The notes: generated by a model not told the origin, from the letters alone. A stretch of DNA of 55,372 nt, filler included, from Sphacelaria rigidula (GCA_964200075.2; 6 parts of 6 records of this genome joined end to end with filler, not necessarily neighbours in it), one strand, 5' to 3'. Positions 1 through 12,941 are shown, counted from the first letter of the whole stretch. Made by a program: numbers and translations.

Positions 1-189
1 ATACCAACAAGATATCTAACTCAAGGATCCATATAAAAGAGGTACTTGTACCCGGAATCTCGGGTTAGATTTGTGCTATCATCCGACTATCCGAACCGTA
101 ACTAGTTGTCCCGCTAATTTGCTACAGAGTAAAAACTCACACAAAAGATATACAGTTAGATTGCTGGCTGTGTAAATTTCCAACAAGTA

Positions 190-314
190 TTGGGGTTGGG
201 GTCAGGGGCGTGGTACCTGCAGGGCCTGGCCCGATTGGTTTTGGAAAACGTCGATCGTGAGGTGTTTCGAGCCTCGGCGCGGTCCTCTAAGCACGCGGTC
301 CTCTCACGCATTAC
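190..314. mobile_element. Partial copy of the MITE at 7886-8087
   Basis: 190-314 aligns to the reverse complement of ~7886-8012 and shares the terminal motif AAGCACGCGGTCCTCTCA. Confidence 0.65.
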
Positions 315-334
315 ACTCTATGTAGCGGTTTCTT

Positions 335-757
335 CGAAACAGGGAATTCTAAAAAATGAGGTTGCACGATGAAATAAGGTTCAAGCCCAAAACAGTGCCT
401 TCCTCACACCTTCCGCGATGGTTCCCAATGAATATTTTGTCAGCCTAATGCCCCTCGATCGCATGGATACTTCTTTTGCGCATTTTACCGACCCTGTGAG
501 CTTACGGCGGTGGCCGAAACCGTCGTTTCCCCTGATATCACCCCCCTAAAAAGTGAGGGAAAATGACGGTTCAGGGCAGCGCTGTTTATGCTCACAGAGT
601 CGGTAAAATGCTCTGAAGACGTACCTACGCGATCAAGGGGCATGAGGCTGACGAAAAAGTCATTGAGCATAATCGCTGAAAGTATGGAGAAATCACTGTT
701 TTGGGCTTGAACCTCATTTTATAGTTCAACCTCATTTCATGGAGTTCCATGTTTCTT
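335..757. mobile_element. Fold-back/MITE-like element (degenerate palindrome, arms ~190 bp)
   Basis: The left arm (ATGAGGTTG...AAGGTTCAAGCCCAAAACAGTG...GCATTTTACCGACCCTGTGAGC) is the reverse complement of the right arm (GCTCACAGAGTCGGTAAAATGC...CACTGTTTTGGGCTTGAACCT...CAACCTCAT). The centre is near 540. Confidence 0.75.
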
Positions 758-815
758 GCTGTGAACGCCGTTCAGTACAGACTTATCACTATATACTTCG
801 CCGGGAGCACAATGC

Positions 816-975
816 TCTGTACTGCACTGAACTTTACTGTACTGTACTACACTGTACTACACTGTACTGTGCTGTACTGTGCTATGCTGTACTGTACTGT
901 ACTGTGTTGAACTGTGCTGTACTGTGCAGCGCTGCGCTGCGCTGTGGTGTGCTGTATGTTGCTGTTATGTGCCGT
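816..975. repeat. Degenerate pentanucleotide microsatellite (CTGTA/CTGTG)n
   Basis: CTGTA/CTGTG/CTACA units are directly visible. They produce the spurious Cys/Val/Tyr-rich ORFs at 739-1112. Confidence 0.9.
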
Positions 976-1881
976 TGGTGCAGTACACAGCAGTCCAGAT
1001 GGCTCATGCAGTGGTGCGGATAAACAATTTAAACATTTTCAAACTTCAGTCACGTCGTTTAAGTTACGGCATGGATGGATTTCAACACAAGCTTTTGCTA
1101 TGGAAATATTGACCTCTCTAGATGTTGAAAAATCCCTCCCAGTCTCAGCCCGCGGCGTCATGCGAGCGCCGTGCTCTGCCATGACACCGCGGGTGAGGTT
1201 CGACACGGGGGGGGTGTTCGCCCAGGCTGCACGGATTCTGCAAATGCTCCAAGCAGATAGCACCATCGTGGATGCAACTTGCGAGAGGAACTGCTTGTCA
1301 GTATATAAACACACCTCGATCGTCTTCGAGACCACTCCTTCGACTTGGGCCATGCTTTCAGGTCCGTAGCTGCATGCACAAGGTGCGCGGAACCTCGGGT
1401 CGAAATTAGGATATTTGCCATCATCCACCGTTTCTCGCTGACATTGCGGAAACGTCTATTTCGCTATACAGAAAAGAAAATTTTCCCCGGCGTAACAATG
1501 GCATCCAGGCATATATGTACCTATCCTGAGGTGTGAGTACGTTTGATTAGGTTGCACCAGAGCCCGCGTTACTAAATGGCATCATTTAACGGGAGTAAGA
1601 GCTCGGAGTACTTTTCCTTCGGGGCATCTCCATGCAACTATCTGTCCGTTGGCGCCCTACTCGACAATGCAACACCTCGCGCCTTTCACACAACGGGAGT
1701 AGCATAATTCCTGTCTATAAATTTCATCAGAGCATGTTCTCCATTGTTTCTTTCTGTGGGGTGATGATAGCGATGCTTGTTCCTTGTTGAGAATGAAAAC
1801 GTCACGAGACGGAGCTTGTTCCTCACCCTGGATATTAATGGTGATGTCTATTCAATACCCCCCTGGGAGTGATAAATGTTT

Positions 1882-2086
1882 CAAGGACAGGTCGAGTAGA
1901 GTATACTCAAATGCGGGGTATTTTGAAAGACGTACTTGGGGTACTCAAGTTAGGGTAGAGTGTTGGGAGTCGTAGCCAAAAAATAGATCGGAAGTGATTC
2001 CTGAAACCCTGCCACCAAGTTGTGTACTTTAAGTACGACTTTCAAAATACCCCGCATTTGAGTATACTCTACTCGACCTACCCTTG
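1882..2086. mobile_element. hAT-type MITE (205 bp) with ~50-bp TIRs and 8-bp TSD
   Basis: TIRs are CAAGGACAGGTCGAGTAGAGTATACTCAAATGCGGGGTATTTTGAAAG and its near-perfect reverse complement ending CTACTCGACCTACCCTTG. A perfect direct repeat AAATGTTT flanks it at 1874-1881 and 2087-2094. CA- termini with an 8-bp TSD are the hAT signature. Confidence 0.88.
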
Positions 2087-3873
2087 AAATGTTTCGCCTT
2101 TTACTTCCACAGGTGTTCAATTTGTGAATTGGCATACAGTCCCCCGTCTTTTTCCAACTGAAATTAATGCGGTATTTCTCATCAATCAAGTGAAGATCAC
2201 ATTTCCGAGCAAGCTACGACGGAGAGCGTAGGAGGTATCGCACAAGACCTTCAGGGGCATTCCGCTAGCCAAAACTGTTTCAGGGGGCCTTTTCTGGATA
2301 ATCTGGACTTTCTGGACGTTCCTGCTGATTGGCGAGGTAGATGCAATCAAAATAAACATTGAATTCATCCCACGGCTAAGTGCTTCCGTTTGAGCCGCTC
2401 CTCAACTAGCTTCGCCAAGCCGATGGTTGGCATTTTTTCAGTATTTTGCGTTGTCACTCTCGCTGCGGGTCCATCACACTAACCTTCTCAACACGGACGT
2501 GAACCAACTACCGTTTTGAGAGGTCCGACTTCATCTGCGGCAACCAACAGAGGGCCAGCACAAACTCTGATCTGTGTGCTACCCACACAGATATTGCTTC
2601 TACAGTAGTGCGCGAGAATCATCGGCCATTATCTGCCACTCAGGTGGTTTTCACGCACGGCAATCCCCTCCTAGTAGTCTGGTCAGACAGTACCGAAGTG
2701 ACTGAACCGAAAACCTCAATTCAAGCGTACACACCACATCACGCCACAGCACCACAACACACCACATCACGTCACTGCCACAGGATAACATCACGTTTCA
2801 CGACACGGAACAACCCAGGTCAACACGCAACGTTTTCAAATATCCAACATACGACGCCATAGACACACTTTCTTCTCTGGAATCACGCATTGGTAGTGCC
2901 CTAAACCCCCCCCCCCCTCCTCCCGCCTTCCTCCCCTATCGAGTGGACACGTATAAAAGGATGAATGGTTCAAAACTTGCGTGTTCGGGACATCCAATGT
3001 TTCATCAGGAACACAACAGAAGAACCGCGATCACAACAGATTGAAAGTTGGATTCCAATCACTGCTATCTTTCGTGTCGCCGAAATTCTCCGTGGCATTC
3101 CATCTCTACTTCCATACGGGAGGACATGGATTAACGCAGATGTACAACGCAGGCCAACAACAGTTGCGCATATTGGAGTCAAAATATCATCTAACTTCCC
3201 CATATACTTGCTACCTGGAGGCCCATATCAAGCGCACCGTTGTCAACGATTACGACAGTACCGAATAAACAACATAGCAGGCAACAACAATAACACCAAA
3301 CCACGACAAACTCCCGCACTCGGGAGTAGGGAACAAAAAGTCATCAATACCTGCAATACTCGGACGAAATATTGCGAAAATATTTTCAAATTCGAATGCT
3401 CTTCCTACTCGTGTCCCTCGTCATTATCAGGCCTCGCTCGAAACCCGAACGTCAGCAAGAACACGGCAAAACGATGCACCACAACCTGGTGCACCCGAAA
3501 TAGTCTGAAATCTACACCGGAACTTCAACGCACGCAGAGAGGGAAGAAAAACAAGAAAAAAAATAACCGCCGTACACGCCAGGTGGAGAACACGCTCGGT
3601 CTTGAGCGAAAGAGAAGGAAAAACAAAGCCCGACGGGAGCCATCAAAACGTTGACACAAAAAAATGAAATATATGAGAAAACTATGAGAATGGGGTTTTC
3701 ATTTTCCTTCCTCTCTTAACTACAGGCTCAAATCACATGTCGTGAAAGTGAAAAAATGACATGATTTACCGGACGCAACGTATGTTCACCCGTCTTAGTA
3801 TGAAAAGTGGCCTTATCGTACGATGCACTCCCCGTACCCTCTCCACGGTTGCCGTGCTTTCGTCGGATGGTGT

Positions 3874-6800
3874 TCACAAGATGGAGTCGCAGTCCACATC
3901 CCGGCTGCGGTCGGCACAGCTGCAAAGAGGTGCTTCCAGGTCGTAATTCTGTCAAGACGAAGGGCCGACGGTGGACGACGAAAAACAAAATGGCAACAAT
4001 AACGACAACCACCATCACCAGGGGTGCGGGATTCATATGAGCGAAAGAAGGGAAGGTACAAGCAATTCGTATGGTTCCCAGGTATCTCGCCCTTCCCCTC
4101 CTCCTTCACGTGCATGGACGTTTATTCGGGGCAAACGCCGTCTCAACACTTTTTTGAGTGTACGCTCGTCGAAGGTCCGCGGCAACATTTGCACTCATGA
4201 ACGGCCACAAGCGCCTTGCTACAGTAAGGCGGCGTACTAGTTACCTAGAAAAATGATGATCAAGTCGTGTGTAGCAGCCGCCTTATTTCCCCCACCCGAC
4301 CAATTTGACATGAAGTAAAGACGTTCGAGGGTGCGTGTCTGAGATGTGGGTTCTTGATTTTGGTGATTTCCCATTCATCACCGTTTTTCAACGTGATTGA
4401 AATCACGACTGATCAGATCGGAGGTCTCCTTTTTCACCGCACTTCTTCAGCGAAGACCTGCCCTGAATCTCAACTTCAGCGTTGGCGCATACTTCGGGGG
4501 ATGCTTACCTTGACAATGGCGTCGATCTTGAGTTCGTTGGCCAAATCGCAGTGGTCCATGTCGTGCCTGTACTCCACATTGAACACGGGCTTGCCCGCGG
4601 CGATAAACGTGTCCTCGTACGCCTGTGTCATTACCCAAAATCATCCGCCAAACCCAGCCAGAACGGGACATATGAAAAACGTAGTACCACGAAAGACTCC
4701 GACAATGCGGGCACTGCATCGGTACTGTACGAGGCATCGAGTCAGAGCGTGGATGAAGTGAGGAGCACAAGAGACTGACAAGTCCCGCAGAGTGAGTTAT
4801 GTCTTGGGGATCACATGCGTGGGAAATGACGTTTCGGGGACGCAATTCTGAGCGGGTAGGGTCATCACCCCCTCTATGTGATCATGTGAAACGTGCTACC
4901 ACGTGTTGTCTACATCGAGTACGTGGAAATACTGCAAAAAACATGCTAAAAAACGTGAACGCCCGGCCAGTGCAGTATCGTGAGGGTAACGACTTCAGTC
5001 ATCACTATACCGTTGGGTCTTCCATGTGATATGACGTGACTGCAGGACGTAGCCGTGATGAAAAGCTCACCCTTGGCCATACACACGCCCCATGGTGGCT
5101 TGACCATATGTTTGATACGGTTTACGACAGTGAGTCGAGTGTAAATATTGATCTTTGTATGAAACAAAATAAATATATCAAGGGAAGTGAACGAAAGGAA
5201 ACAAAAGGAAAGGAGCCCGAAAGGGGGCAAGATACACAATGCCCAAGATATCACGGTCTCCAGTACCCGCCCTGGGGGACACGAAGACGACAAATGGCGT
5301 TCTCTTGTCACATGATTTCAGGTGAGAGCACTGTACGGTGCCAAACAAGACAAAACAAATGATATGTTCTACGTTTGTAGGAAACGGGCTCTGTTGTTTT
5401 GCTCACCTCGCACTCGTCCCAGTCAAAGCACGACTCGTTGACGGCGAAGTCGAAGTACTCGGTCAGAACAGGCAACAGCTCGATGCAGTTCTTCAACCCC
5501 ACCTTCATTCCGCGGTCATGCACCACGCCCGCGAACCATAAGTTGTAGTCGATCTGGTCGGCCTCAGACACGTCAACACCTATCCCACTAATGTAGTACG
5601 CCTGGAGTATACCACCAGGTACCGCAGGCCCGCGCACCGGGAAGGGGGGAGGGGAGGATGGGATCTTCAACGCAGGGCGTAAGTACATTCTTCATTATCT
5701 TGATTCGAGCCAAAAAAAGTGTCTCAAAACATGTGAAATTTCGGACAGCATTTCGGGGAAAACGTGGCAGCACATACGTCAAGAGACCAGGACTTGCCTC
5801 TCATGGATAATTACTGACAGCAAATACACTCTACTTGACCGCGCGAACGGGGAGAGGGGAGCGTCGGCGCCAGGTGCTGGGAGCAAACGCAGATCCCTAC
5901 GCCGATCGGGTACACTCTACTTCCTCGTGACACCAGGCCTAGTTTCTCTTGCAGAGGGCCTTACCATCATGTTGTCAGGCTCGATGCCGTCACAGCCCAT
6001 GCTGGCTGCTTTGTCCACGCGGGCAACCATCAGCTCCCGGACGGTCTGCGAAGTCATCAAGAAATAACAACGTGCATCAACGCGCAAAGCGATGTTTGGC
6101 AAAATTGTCAAGATATGCTGACCCCGGATGTCTCCATCCAATCCCATGAGACTAAGAGGTACGAATTGAGACTGTGAATGCATTCCTTGTCGACACGAGA
6201 AAACATGCTTCCAAGTTTGGCTTCGGAAGAAGCGACGGCAGGGGGCGATGGGGCAGGTGACGCGACTGCCTCATAGTGAGAGGGGTATCATCGCCGAGAA
6301 GCACATGCTCAACTAAGGAAAATGAAGCACGAGGTATATCTGTACTGGATCTCTCGCGTTTTTGAAGCAACATTTTTCTCTCGCCAGAATCACAGGGCAT
6401 GTAGTCCACTCCCACGTCCTAATGCGTCGCGAGAAACGTCGCTGACCTTGGTACTGTATTGGAAACTCGGCAGGCTGCTCGTGGCCACCCCCCTTCCCCA
6501 AAAAACCATTTCAAAGAAGAACTCACATTTTTACAATTAAATGAGTTATTCGTACCTTCCGATGCATTCGCGGAGGAAGCGCCTACTCCGCATTCGAGAA
6601 CAGACACGTTTTCCACTAGGATTGTTCGACTCCTTTTACATCACCACACACCACCGACCGATCCTCACCGGGTCGTTGATATCGAGCCACTGTTCTCTCG
6701 GCCAGCCCGCGACAGTTCCGCCGGTGGCGTAAGACGGGAACTGACTGGCGTCCTGTCGCCATTCCTCCACGGTGCCGATGCTGATGTAGCACACAACGTT

Positions 6801-8857
6801 CTTGCCAAGGCTGTGGAGGGTGTCGATCGCCTCTTGCTGGTAATCTGTCAATGTTTTGTTCACGGTAGAGACATGACAGGCGGCGTGTGAAGTACTTGAG
6901 AAATTGAGAATATTTTGCATCACTTCCGTCTCCGGCGAAGATCTCAACAGCATCTACCGAAGTAAAATTGTGCACACTTGATCGCCACCCTCATCTCCGA
7001 ACTCTTTCGTCGCTGACAACCCAGGGGGGCCCAATAGTTTTCGAGGGAGGATGGGTCTGCCTGATATAATCGCAAGTTCAGATCAAACACCGCTGCCTGG
7101 GAGTTATCGGGCAAAAACACACAAACAGGAAACAAAAACCATCTCTACAAAGTGTTGAAATATCTCACAGCACGCCTGTGCAAACCTAAATCTTCAGGGT
7201 CCAAGTCCAAAATCCGCGTGGAAAATCGCCGGGGACAAGAGTTTGGCTTTTCACCTGAACCAGCCTGTTAACATAGAAAACCTCGAGATTGAGATACCTG
7301 TAGAGCTGTACCGAGGGCGATGGATGCAAAAAGAAAGTTCCGTGGTTCTGTTGCCGTATCCTTTGGCGGATAGGGGTTTCATCGTCACCTGCCGTCATCG
7401 GAGGCGTTGCTGGGGTCTGTCTCCCAATCCCATTCGTTCCCCCACACGCCACCCACACCCTTGGCGGCCGCAAGGTGTTTGGGGGTCCATCTCAGGCACT
7501 ACGGGTGCTGTCATCTCATCACTACTTAGTAGATACACAGTAGGTGAATGCTGGACGCAAATTACGTGAACTTCCCGCGCGCACACGAGGTATAGAATAA
7601 CACTACTGGTCCTGCCCTAGAAAATAAACTCACCCATGTCTATGGCGAAGACCTGAGCATCGACGGATGTGTCTGCAGGCGGCTTCAGGTTGTACTGCCA
7701 GGTGTCTCCTACCTGCTTTGGGCGTCGTTGATGGTGTGTGGTAAGTGAGAGAGTCGTGGTTGACGTACTCAGCATGTCCGTTTCAATGGGAAAGGAGCTT
7801 CTGCGCTGGCGTCTTTGTTTGGTCAGTACAGACGGCGTGGGCAACACGCAAACCAACGCGCAGAAGGGGCAATTCGTACTGTTTAGTAGTGCGTGAGAGG
7901 ACCGCGTCCTTAGGGGACCGCATCGTATTTTTCAACACCTCAGGGTCGACATTTTTGAAAACCAACCGGTCCAGTTCCTCCAGGGACCACGCCTCTGACC
8001 CTAACCCCAACACTATCCCTTACCCTAATCACTGGGGTGTTCAAATTCCGATGCGGTCCCTAAGCACGCGGTCCTCTCATGCATTGCACGTAGAGCTGAC
8101 GCCCCTTCTTCGGACGCGAACGGTGAAGCAGTTCTGACCAATTGCGTTATCTCGCACGTTGGTCAAAACAAAAAACTTGACGGCACGAACGGAGCAACTT
8201 GCAGTGCAGTGAAGAAGCGAAGGTGTGAATTGTATCCACGCACAAACTGCATCGACTTTTGGACGACACATAGATTATCGGTAGAGGGTAAATCTTGACA
8301 TTCATGTTGACCTCATTCGCTATTTCCAAACCAACGCATACCTTGGGGACCCATCCGGCGCCTGATGGCCCCGATGTTGTTCTCTCGGGCTGAACAGGCT
8401 CCACTGATGCAGATGACTCATCACCCGCACTTTCAAGCTCCGTTGCAGCTAGTGTTGGGCTGGGTGTCGGCTCAGGTTCAGGCGTAGTACGTTCGGTTGG
8501 ACTGGGTGTCGGCTCGGGTTCAGACGTAGGCTCGGTTGGACTGGGTGTTGGCTCATGCTCGCGTGTAGATTTGGTTGAAGTGGGTGTCGGTGCAGGCGTG
8601 GGCGCAGATTCTGTGATGGGCGGTGCAACTGCCGAGCTTGCAACTGAGGTAGTGATGTCTGCGCATGTTTCCTTGAGAGTGTTGAGCTCACTTTCCATGT
8701 TACCATATCTTACCGCCAACGCCGTGGCCTCTGCTCTCATACTGTCGATCATGCTGAAGATGGTGTCGAAGTCACTGTGGTGCTCTACATGAGAAGATGA
8801 CTGCGCAGCGACTTGGGCAACAATGGCCAGTAAGGCTGATACTACCACGAACCTCAT
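3874..8857 (-). CDS. Secreted glycoside hydrolase family 114 (endo-alpha-1,4-galactosaminidase/polygalactosaminidase-like) protein, 7 exons, 411 aa
   Basis: Hand-spliced GT-AG exons with consistent phases: 8857-8342, 7712-7634, 6844-6669, 6045-5965, 5601-5407, 4622-4509, 3948-3874 (TGA). The protein has a signal peptide (MRFVVVSALLAIVAQVAAQ), a helical segment, a P/T/E-rich linker, then GH114 motifs WQYNL, VCYISIGTVEEWRQDA, GWPREQWLDI, GCDGIEPDN, GLKN, FDFAVNESC, GKPVFNVEY and C-terminal KNYDL. Confidence 0.92.
7886..8087. mobile_element. MITE in intron 1 of the GH114 gene
   Basis: TIRs GTAGTGCGTGAGAGGACCGCGTCCTTAGGGGACCGCATCG and CGATGCGGTCCCTAAGCACGCGGTCCTCTCATGCATTGC. A related copy lies at 190-314. 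Confidence 0.7.
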
Positions 8858-9146
8858 GATCGCCGGGCGCTATATTGCTCGCTGTGAGCACGTACCTCGC
8901 GGTCGCAGCAAAGAAATGCCCGCCGTTTGCGGAAATCAGCACGAAAGTGGCTGCCGGTTGGAGCAAGCGAGTAGGAGGAGATGCAGGGTACGCAGTGTGG
9001 GAGAGGGTGGGCAAGTGGATGTGAGCAGGTGGAGAGGGTGCTGTGATAGACACCGTGTGCATGTGAGAAGCGCATGACAACGGATCTCTTCACGCATCTT
9101 TGATGAGCCAGGTTCGCTGCCAGAGCGGGAGTTTATATCTCCACCC

Positions 9147-9246
9147 NNNNNNNNNNNNNNNNNNNNNNNNNNNNNNNNNNNNNNNNNNNNTTAATTAATT
9201 AANNNNNNNNNNNNNNNNNNNNNNNNNNNNNNNNNNNNNNNNNNNN
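9147..9246. other. Artificial linker N44-TTAATTAATTAA-N44 (also at 18393-18492, 27638-27737, 36883-36982, 46128-46227)
   Basis: Five identical 100-bp linkers separate blocks of 9146, 9146, 9145, 9145, 9145 and 9145 bp. Confidence 0.98.
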
Positions 9247-9628
9247 GTAAAAATTTTTTTTTTTCTTGCCAATTGGGTTTTTTTTTTCGGGGGTTTTTTT
9301 TTTTTTCTTTTTTTTTTTTACATACCCCCCCCCCCCCCCGCCAAATCGTGTCTTATTTTCTGGACCGCTCTAAGTATGGCCGTGTGACATTTTTACTTTA
9401 GCCGTCGGGTTTCGGAAATGGTTTTACGTGACTTGTTTGCTCGGTTCGAAGATGGTCATGGGATCCTTGTGCCTGGCTCAAAGGTGGTCATTTGACAGTT
9501 TGCTCTGCACGTGAAAGCCTTGAAAAATACCCGTCTGAGCATACTGTACTGCGCCGATTGACCGGTGACGAATTTCTTCGTTTCCCCCTCCCCCGCCTCC
9601 GTCCCCACTTCAACGATCTTGAGAGCAG

Positions 9629-12072
9629 GCGACCGTCTGTCCTTCCAAGAGTTCATCTACGGGTTCGCGCAGTGGCTGGGTCTCCTCGAAGAAGACGACG
9701 ACTCCGCCTCTGTCGTATCTCAGTCGCAGCACGCGCCACCTGTGCTGCAGCAGCAGCCAGCAACGCGCACGGCATCCCACGAGCCACCATCGCACATCCC
9801 TGGTGCTCCTGTAGGTGGCGGGAATCTCTCGAGGGCGTCCACGGCGACTGTCAATGAAAGTAAGTGAGGGAAGGAAAGAGAAAGAGCGTCGGTGTCATCA
9901 TTGGGTGTGAAATCGGCACTTTTTCCCCCCTCCCCCGCCTCCCTCATCCGATTTTACATGATTTTTAGACCAAAAATCTAGAGTTGCCTAGGTTTCCAAA
10001 ATGTCACCTCGGGGTCTAAATATTTCGACCATTTTGTACATCATTAGCGCCCCACACAGCCAAAAAAATATCGGCGAAATAGTTCCAATGTCGCAACTTC
10101 CCGCGACACGGTCGCCTCATTCCAAGACACATTGTCGCCATCCCGATGATGTAGTCCGTACCATACGGTACGTGGTTAGGACGGGGCGGAGAGTGGGGGG
10201 TCCTCCTTCGACATCAAAATATTCCATCCACACCGCACCGCCCTGATGGAATTGTTGGCATCTTTTGCTGTTGCTGATATTTCCGGGCAACCTAGCACTG
10301 CTTTTGGATGATGGTTTTCGACGATGTATTAGTCAGCATCAGAAGTTTTCAAAATTCGTAGTTGTTGTAGTTTTCGAGTTTTTCTTGATTATTATTCTTC
10401 ATTACTACTTGAAAGTGCTAGCGCCGGTAGATTTAGGAGGGAGGCGTAGGCCGCGCTCAAACTGCAGTGCCCAAGTTGATGTTTTTGGGGCGATACGGAC
10501 TAGATACCCCGTTTATCAGGAGGGTGTTATTGACCGTTTGTGGTCCAATAAACAGTTTTCCGGCTCTTCCTCAACCGAACGGTAAATATTCAGATACATG
10601 AGTACGTATACAACTCTTCACAAAAACGATCGGAAATCGTGTTTTCCTCCTATACTGCACAGACCTCAATTTAACATTTTTTGCGCAGGGCCTCTTTTCC
10701 TTTTTTTTCCGCACAACATTTTCCATGAGCACTCGAAAGTGCTAGCGTCGACAGTTTTGGCAAAATAAGCAGACCACGCCCAAATCACAATGCCCAAGTT
10801 GGTGTTGTGGGGACGATACGGACTAGATACCCCGTTTATCAGGAGAGTGTTATTGACCGTGAATGACCCATGAAACATAGATTTCCGGCGTTAGCGCAGT
10901 GATTACGTGGAATTAAAAAAACAAAAACATTTTTGAGTCTTGACTTACATTATCGGGATCGAGTCGGTCCACCGAAAATACCGAAAAGCTAGAACCTGGG
11001 GTTGAACTTTCGCAGGACCCCCGAAGGTCGGTCAAGCTCTCAAGTCACTCCATATTGGTCGCCGATATTTTCTTTTTCAATTTTTCTATTTGTCAAGATC
11101 AAAATACCTCCAGATGCCCATTTTTTGGCATCCAACAGTCACTGATGAGCGGTGGCAAGCGAAACAAATTTCGAAAATGTTTGGGAAACTAAGAAACTAG
11201 GAAATTACGAATTCTGCATACTCCTGACGCTCACTACTGCAGGCCGGGTCGTATGCACGGTAGCATATCTGAACTTTGAGTTTTGGCGTCGTCCGACGCT
11301 TTGGCTTCGAGGTTTGCCTTGTTCTCAAAGTTCCCAGCGCGGCTTGCATTGGGCGCACACGCATCCGCATTCGCGGGTGTATATTCGAATACCCACCAAA
11401 ACGCCCTACGTTCAAAAGTAGAGGGGGGCGAAACCACCGCTTCCATCGCGCACCATCGTTTATCTCAGTTTACATGCTTTTCCTGTACAGATATTGAGGT
11501 GAAAGTACTCATGTTTATATTAAAAAAAAAACTGACATCAGTGAACTCATCAGTAAACTCGTGCATTCTTCCCCCCCCTCCCCCCAATAATTCTCTGCGC
11601 ATAAGCATTTAACAAAGTAACGTAGATTTTGCGGGATGTCTCAAATTCGACGAATATTTTATTTTCTGTTGTCATCTTCGTGGCCAGCGGAACCACGAGC
11701 GAGTCCAAAACTTGCCTGCTTTTCGATTTACAAGCAGGTGATTTTGGCGAATCCTGCGTGTCCTTCGGCGCTACGTCCACGTCTTCCGCGGATATTTTCC
11801 AAGAATCAGGGGCGTACTCAGAGTATTTCAACTCGGATATTGACGCGTCCGGCAGCAATGATCACTTCGCGGCGCAAATGAAAGCCCCAATGCCCCCGGC
11901 GTGCAACGCGACGGGGAGGGATTCTGGTAGCGACGAGATTAGGAAGCCGCAGCATCCGCAAGATTTGTTGAACCCTCCCGCGAACCGGAGAATATCTCAA
12001 GATTTGGAGTTGCTCCAGCAAGGGCCGAATCCGCGCACCGGCGTTGTCGAGAACTCGCCGCTAGCGTTTTAG
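9629..12072 (+). CDS. 3' part (last two exons) of an EF-hand calcium-binding, CML21/22-like protein with a low-complexity C-terminal tail
   Basis: Exon 9629-9859 (cag| ... |gtaagt) encodes xDRLSFQEFIYGFAQWLGLLEEDDD, which matches the end of an EF-hand loop plus F helix and resembles plant CML21/22 'FKEFLFAFTRWVG'. A phase-compatible terminal exon 11738-12072 (polypyrimidine, caagcag|) ends in TAG. The upstream exons lie outside this block. Confidence 0.6.
10420..11260. repeat. Dispersed repeat family (probable non-autonomous DNA transposon), in the intron of the EF-hand gene
   Basis: The motif TAGATACCCCGTTTATCAGGAG(G/A)GTGTTATTGACCGT occurs at ~10500 and ~10825, with related copies at ~44885-44920 and, reversed, at ~52215-52245. 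GAGCGGTGGCAAGCGAAA is shared at ~11147 and ~45171. Confidence 0.65.
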
Positions 12073-12941
12073 CTACATTCCTCGCCAAGGCGCGAAGGCA
12101 ATGGCGCCGTTGTCGCTTATATACATACATATATATATGTATATATATCGTCTCACCCTTTGAACGCCTCCCTTTCCTCGGGACGAGTCCGTGGTCTCAA
12201 GCGATCAACCCATCTCTCCCTGGTACACGCTTTGCATATTGGTATCGCGGTTTGGGCCAGCACTCCCGCACTGCGTCAACTCTCGTTTGTCAACTTGGCG
12301 TGATTTGCTTTGAGTCAGAGGTAACCGCAACACGGCTTGTGCTTAGATCTCGCGCGGCCATTTTGTGGCGGGCGCGCTGGAGAGCTTTGCCCTGAATGTT
12401 CACGTGCTGCACATACATGCACATACATGCACATGGTTTATTTTTTTTCTTCATTTTCTTTTTCTTCAATTATTACTATTATTTTTTCACCGCTGTCTGC
12501 TCTCTTCGTGGAGTGGCCCGTTGTTCGACATACGCTGTGAGCGCATGGCTTGGGTAGCTGTAGTACAGTGCCATGAAGCATCTGACCTAAGTCGTAGACG
12601 GGTCCTGACAGGACGTACTACTTGAGACAAATTTCGTCCGTTAAAAATGGACGGCACAATTTTTGTTCCGCGGTGTTCGCGGTGGTATACATGTAAAAAG
12701 TTGTATAGTTTGATTTGTTTTGTTCGCGGGTTTCTCTTGTTGGTTCTCCCTTCCTTCTTCATCTGTTCCCCAGGGACGTTTTTCTTCTGAAGCAGCGGGT
12801 CAGTTGGTGCGCGACAATCGATCACGTGAATGATTGAATGCATGAATGAATGAATCATCCCAGGGTGAATGGTCCACGCGGCATCTCGTATACATGAGTG
12901 TGTCTTGGCGCCCATTCCGTCGATCTGCGATTTCGTTAGTG

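Noticed and set aside
2965..3654. 229-aa plus-strand ORF
   Set aside because: No recognisable motif. It is A/C-rich and lies antisense to the probable GH114 3' UTR.
9191..9202. TTAATTAATTAA recurring at a fixed ~9.2-kb period
   Set aside because: Artificial linker embedded in Ns, not a biological repeat.
9247..9340. Poly-T/poly-G/poly-C stretch at block start
   Set aside because: Homopolymer-rich low-quality sequence with no interpretable structure.
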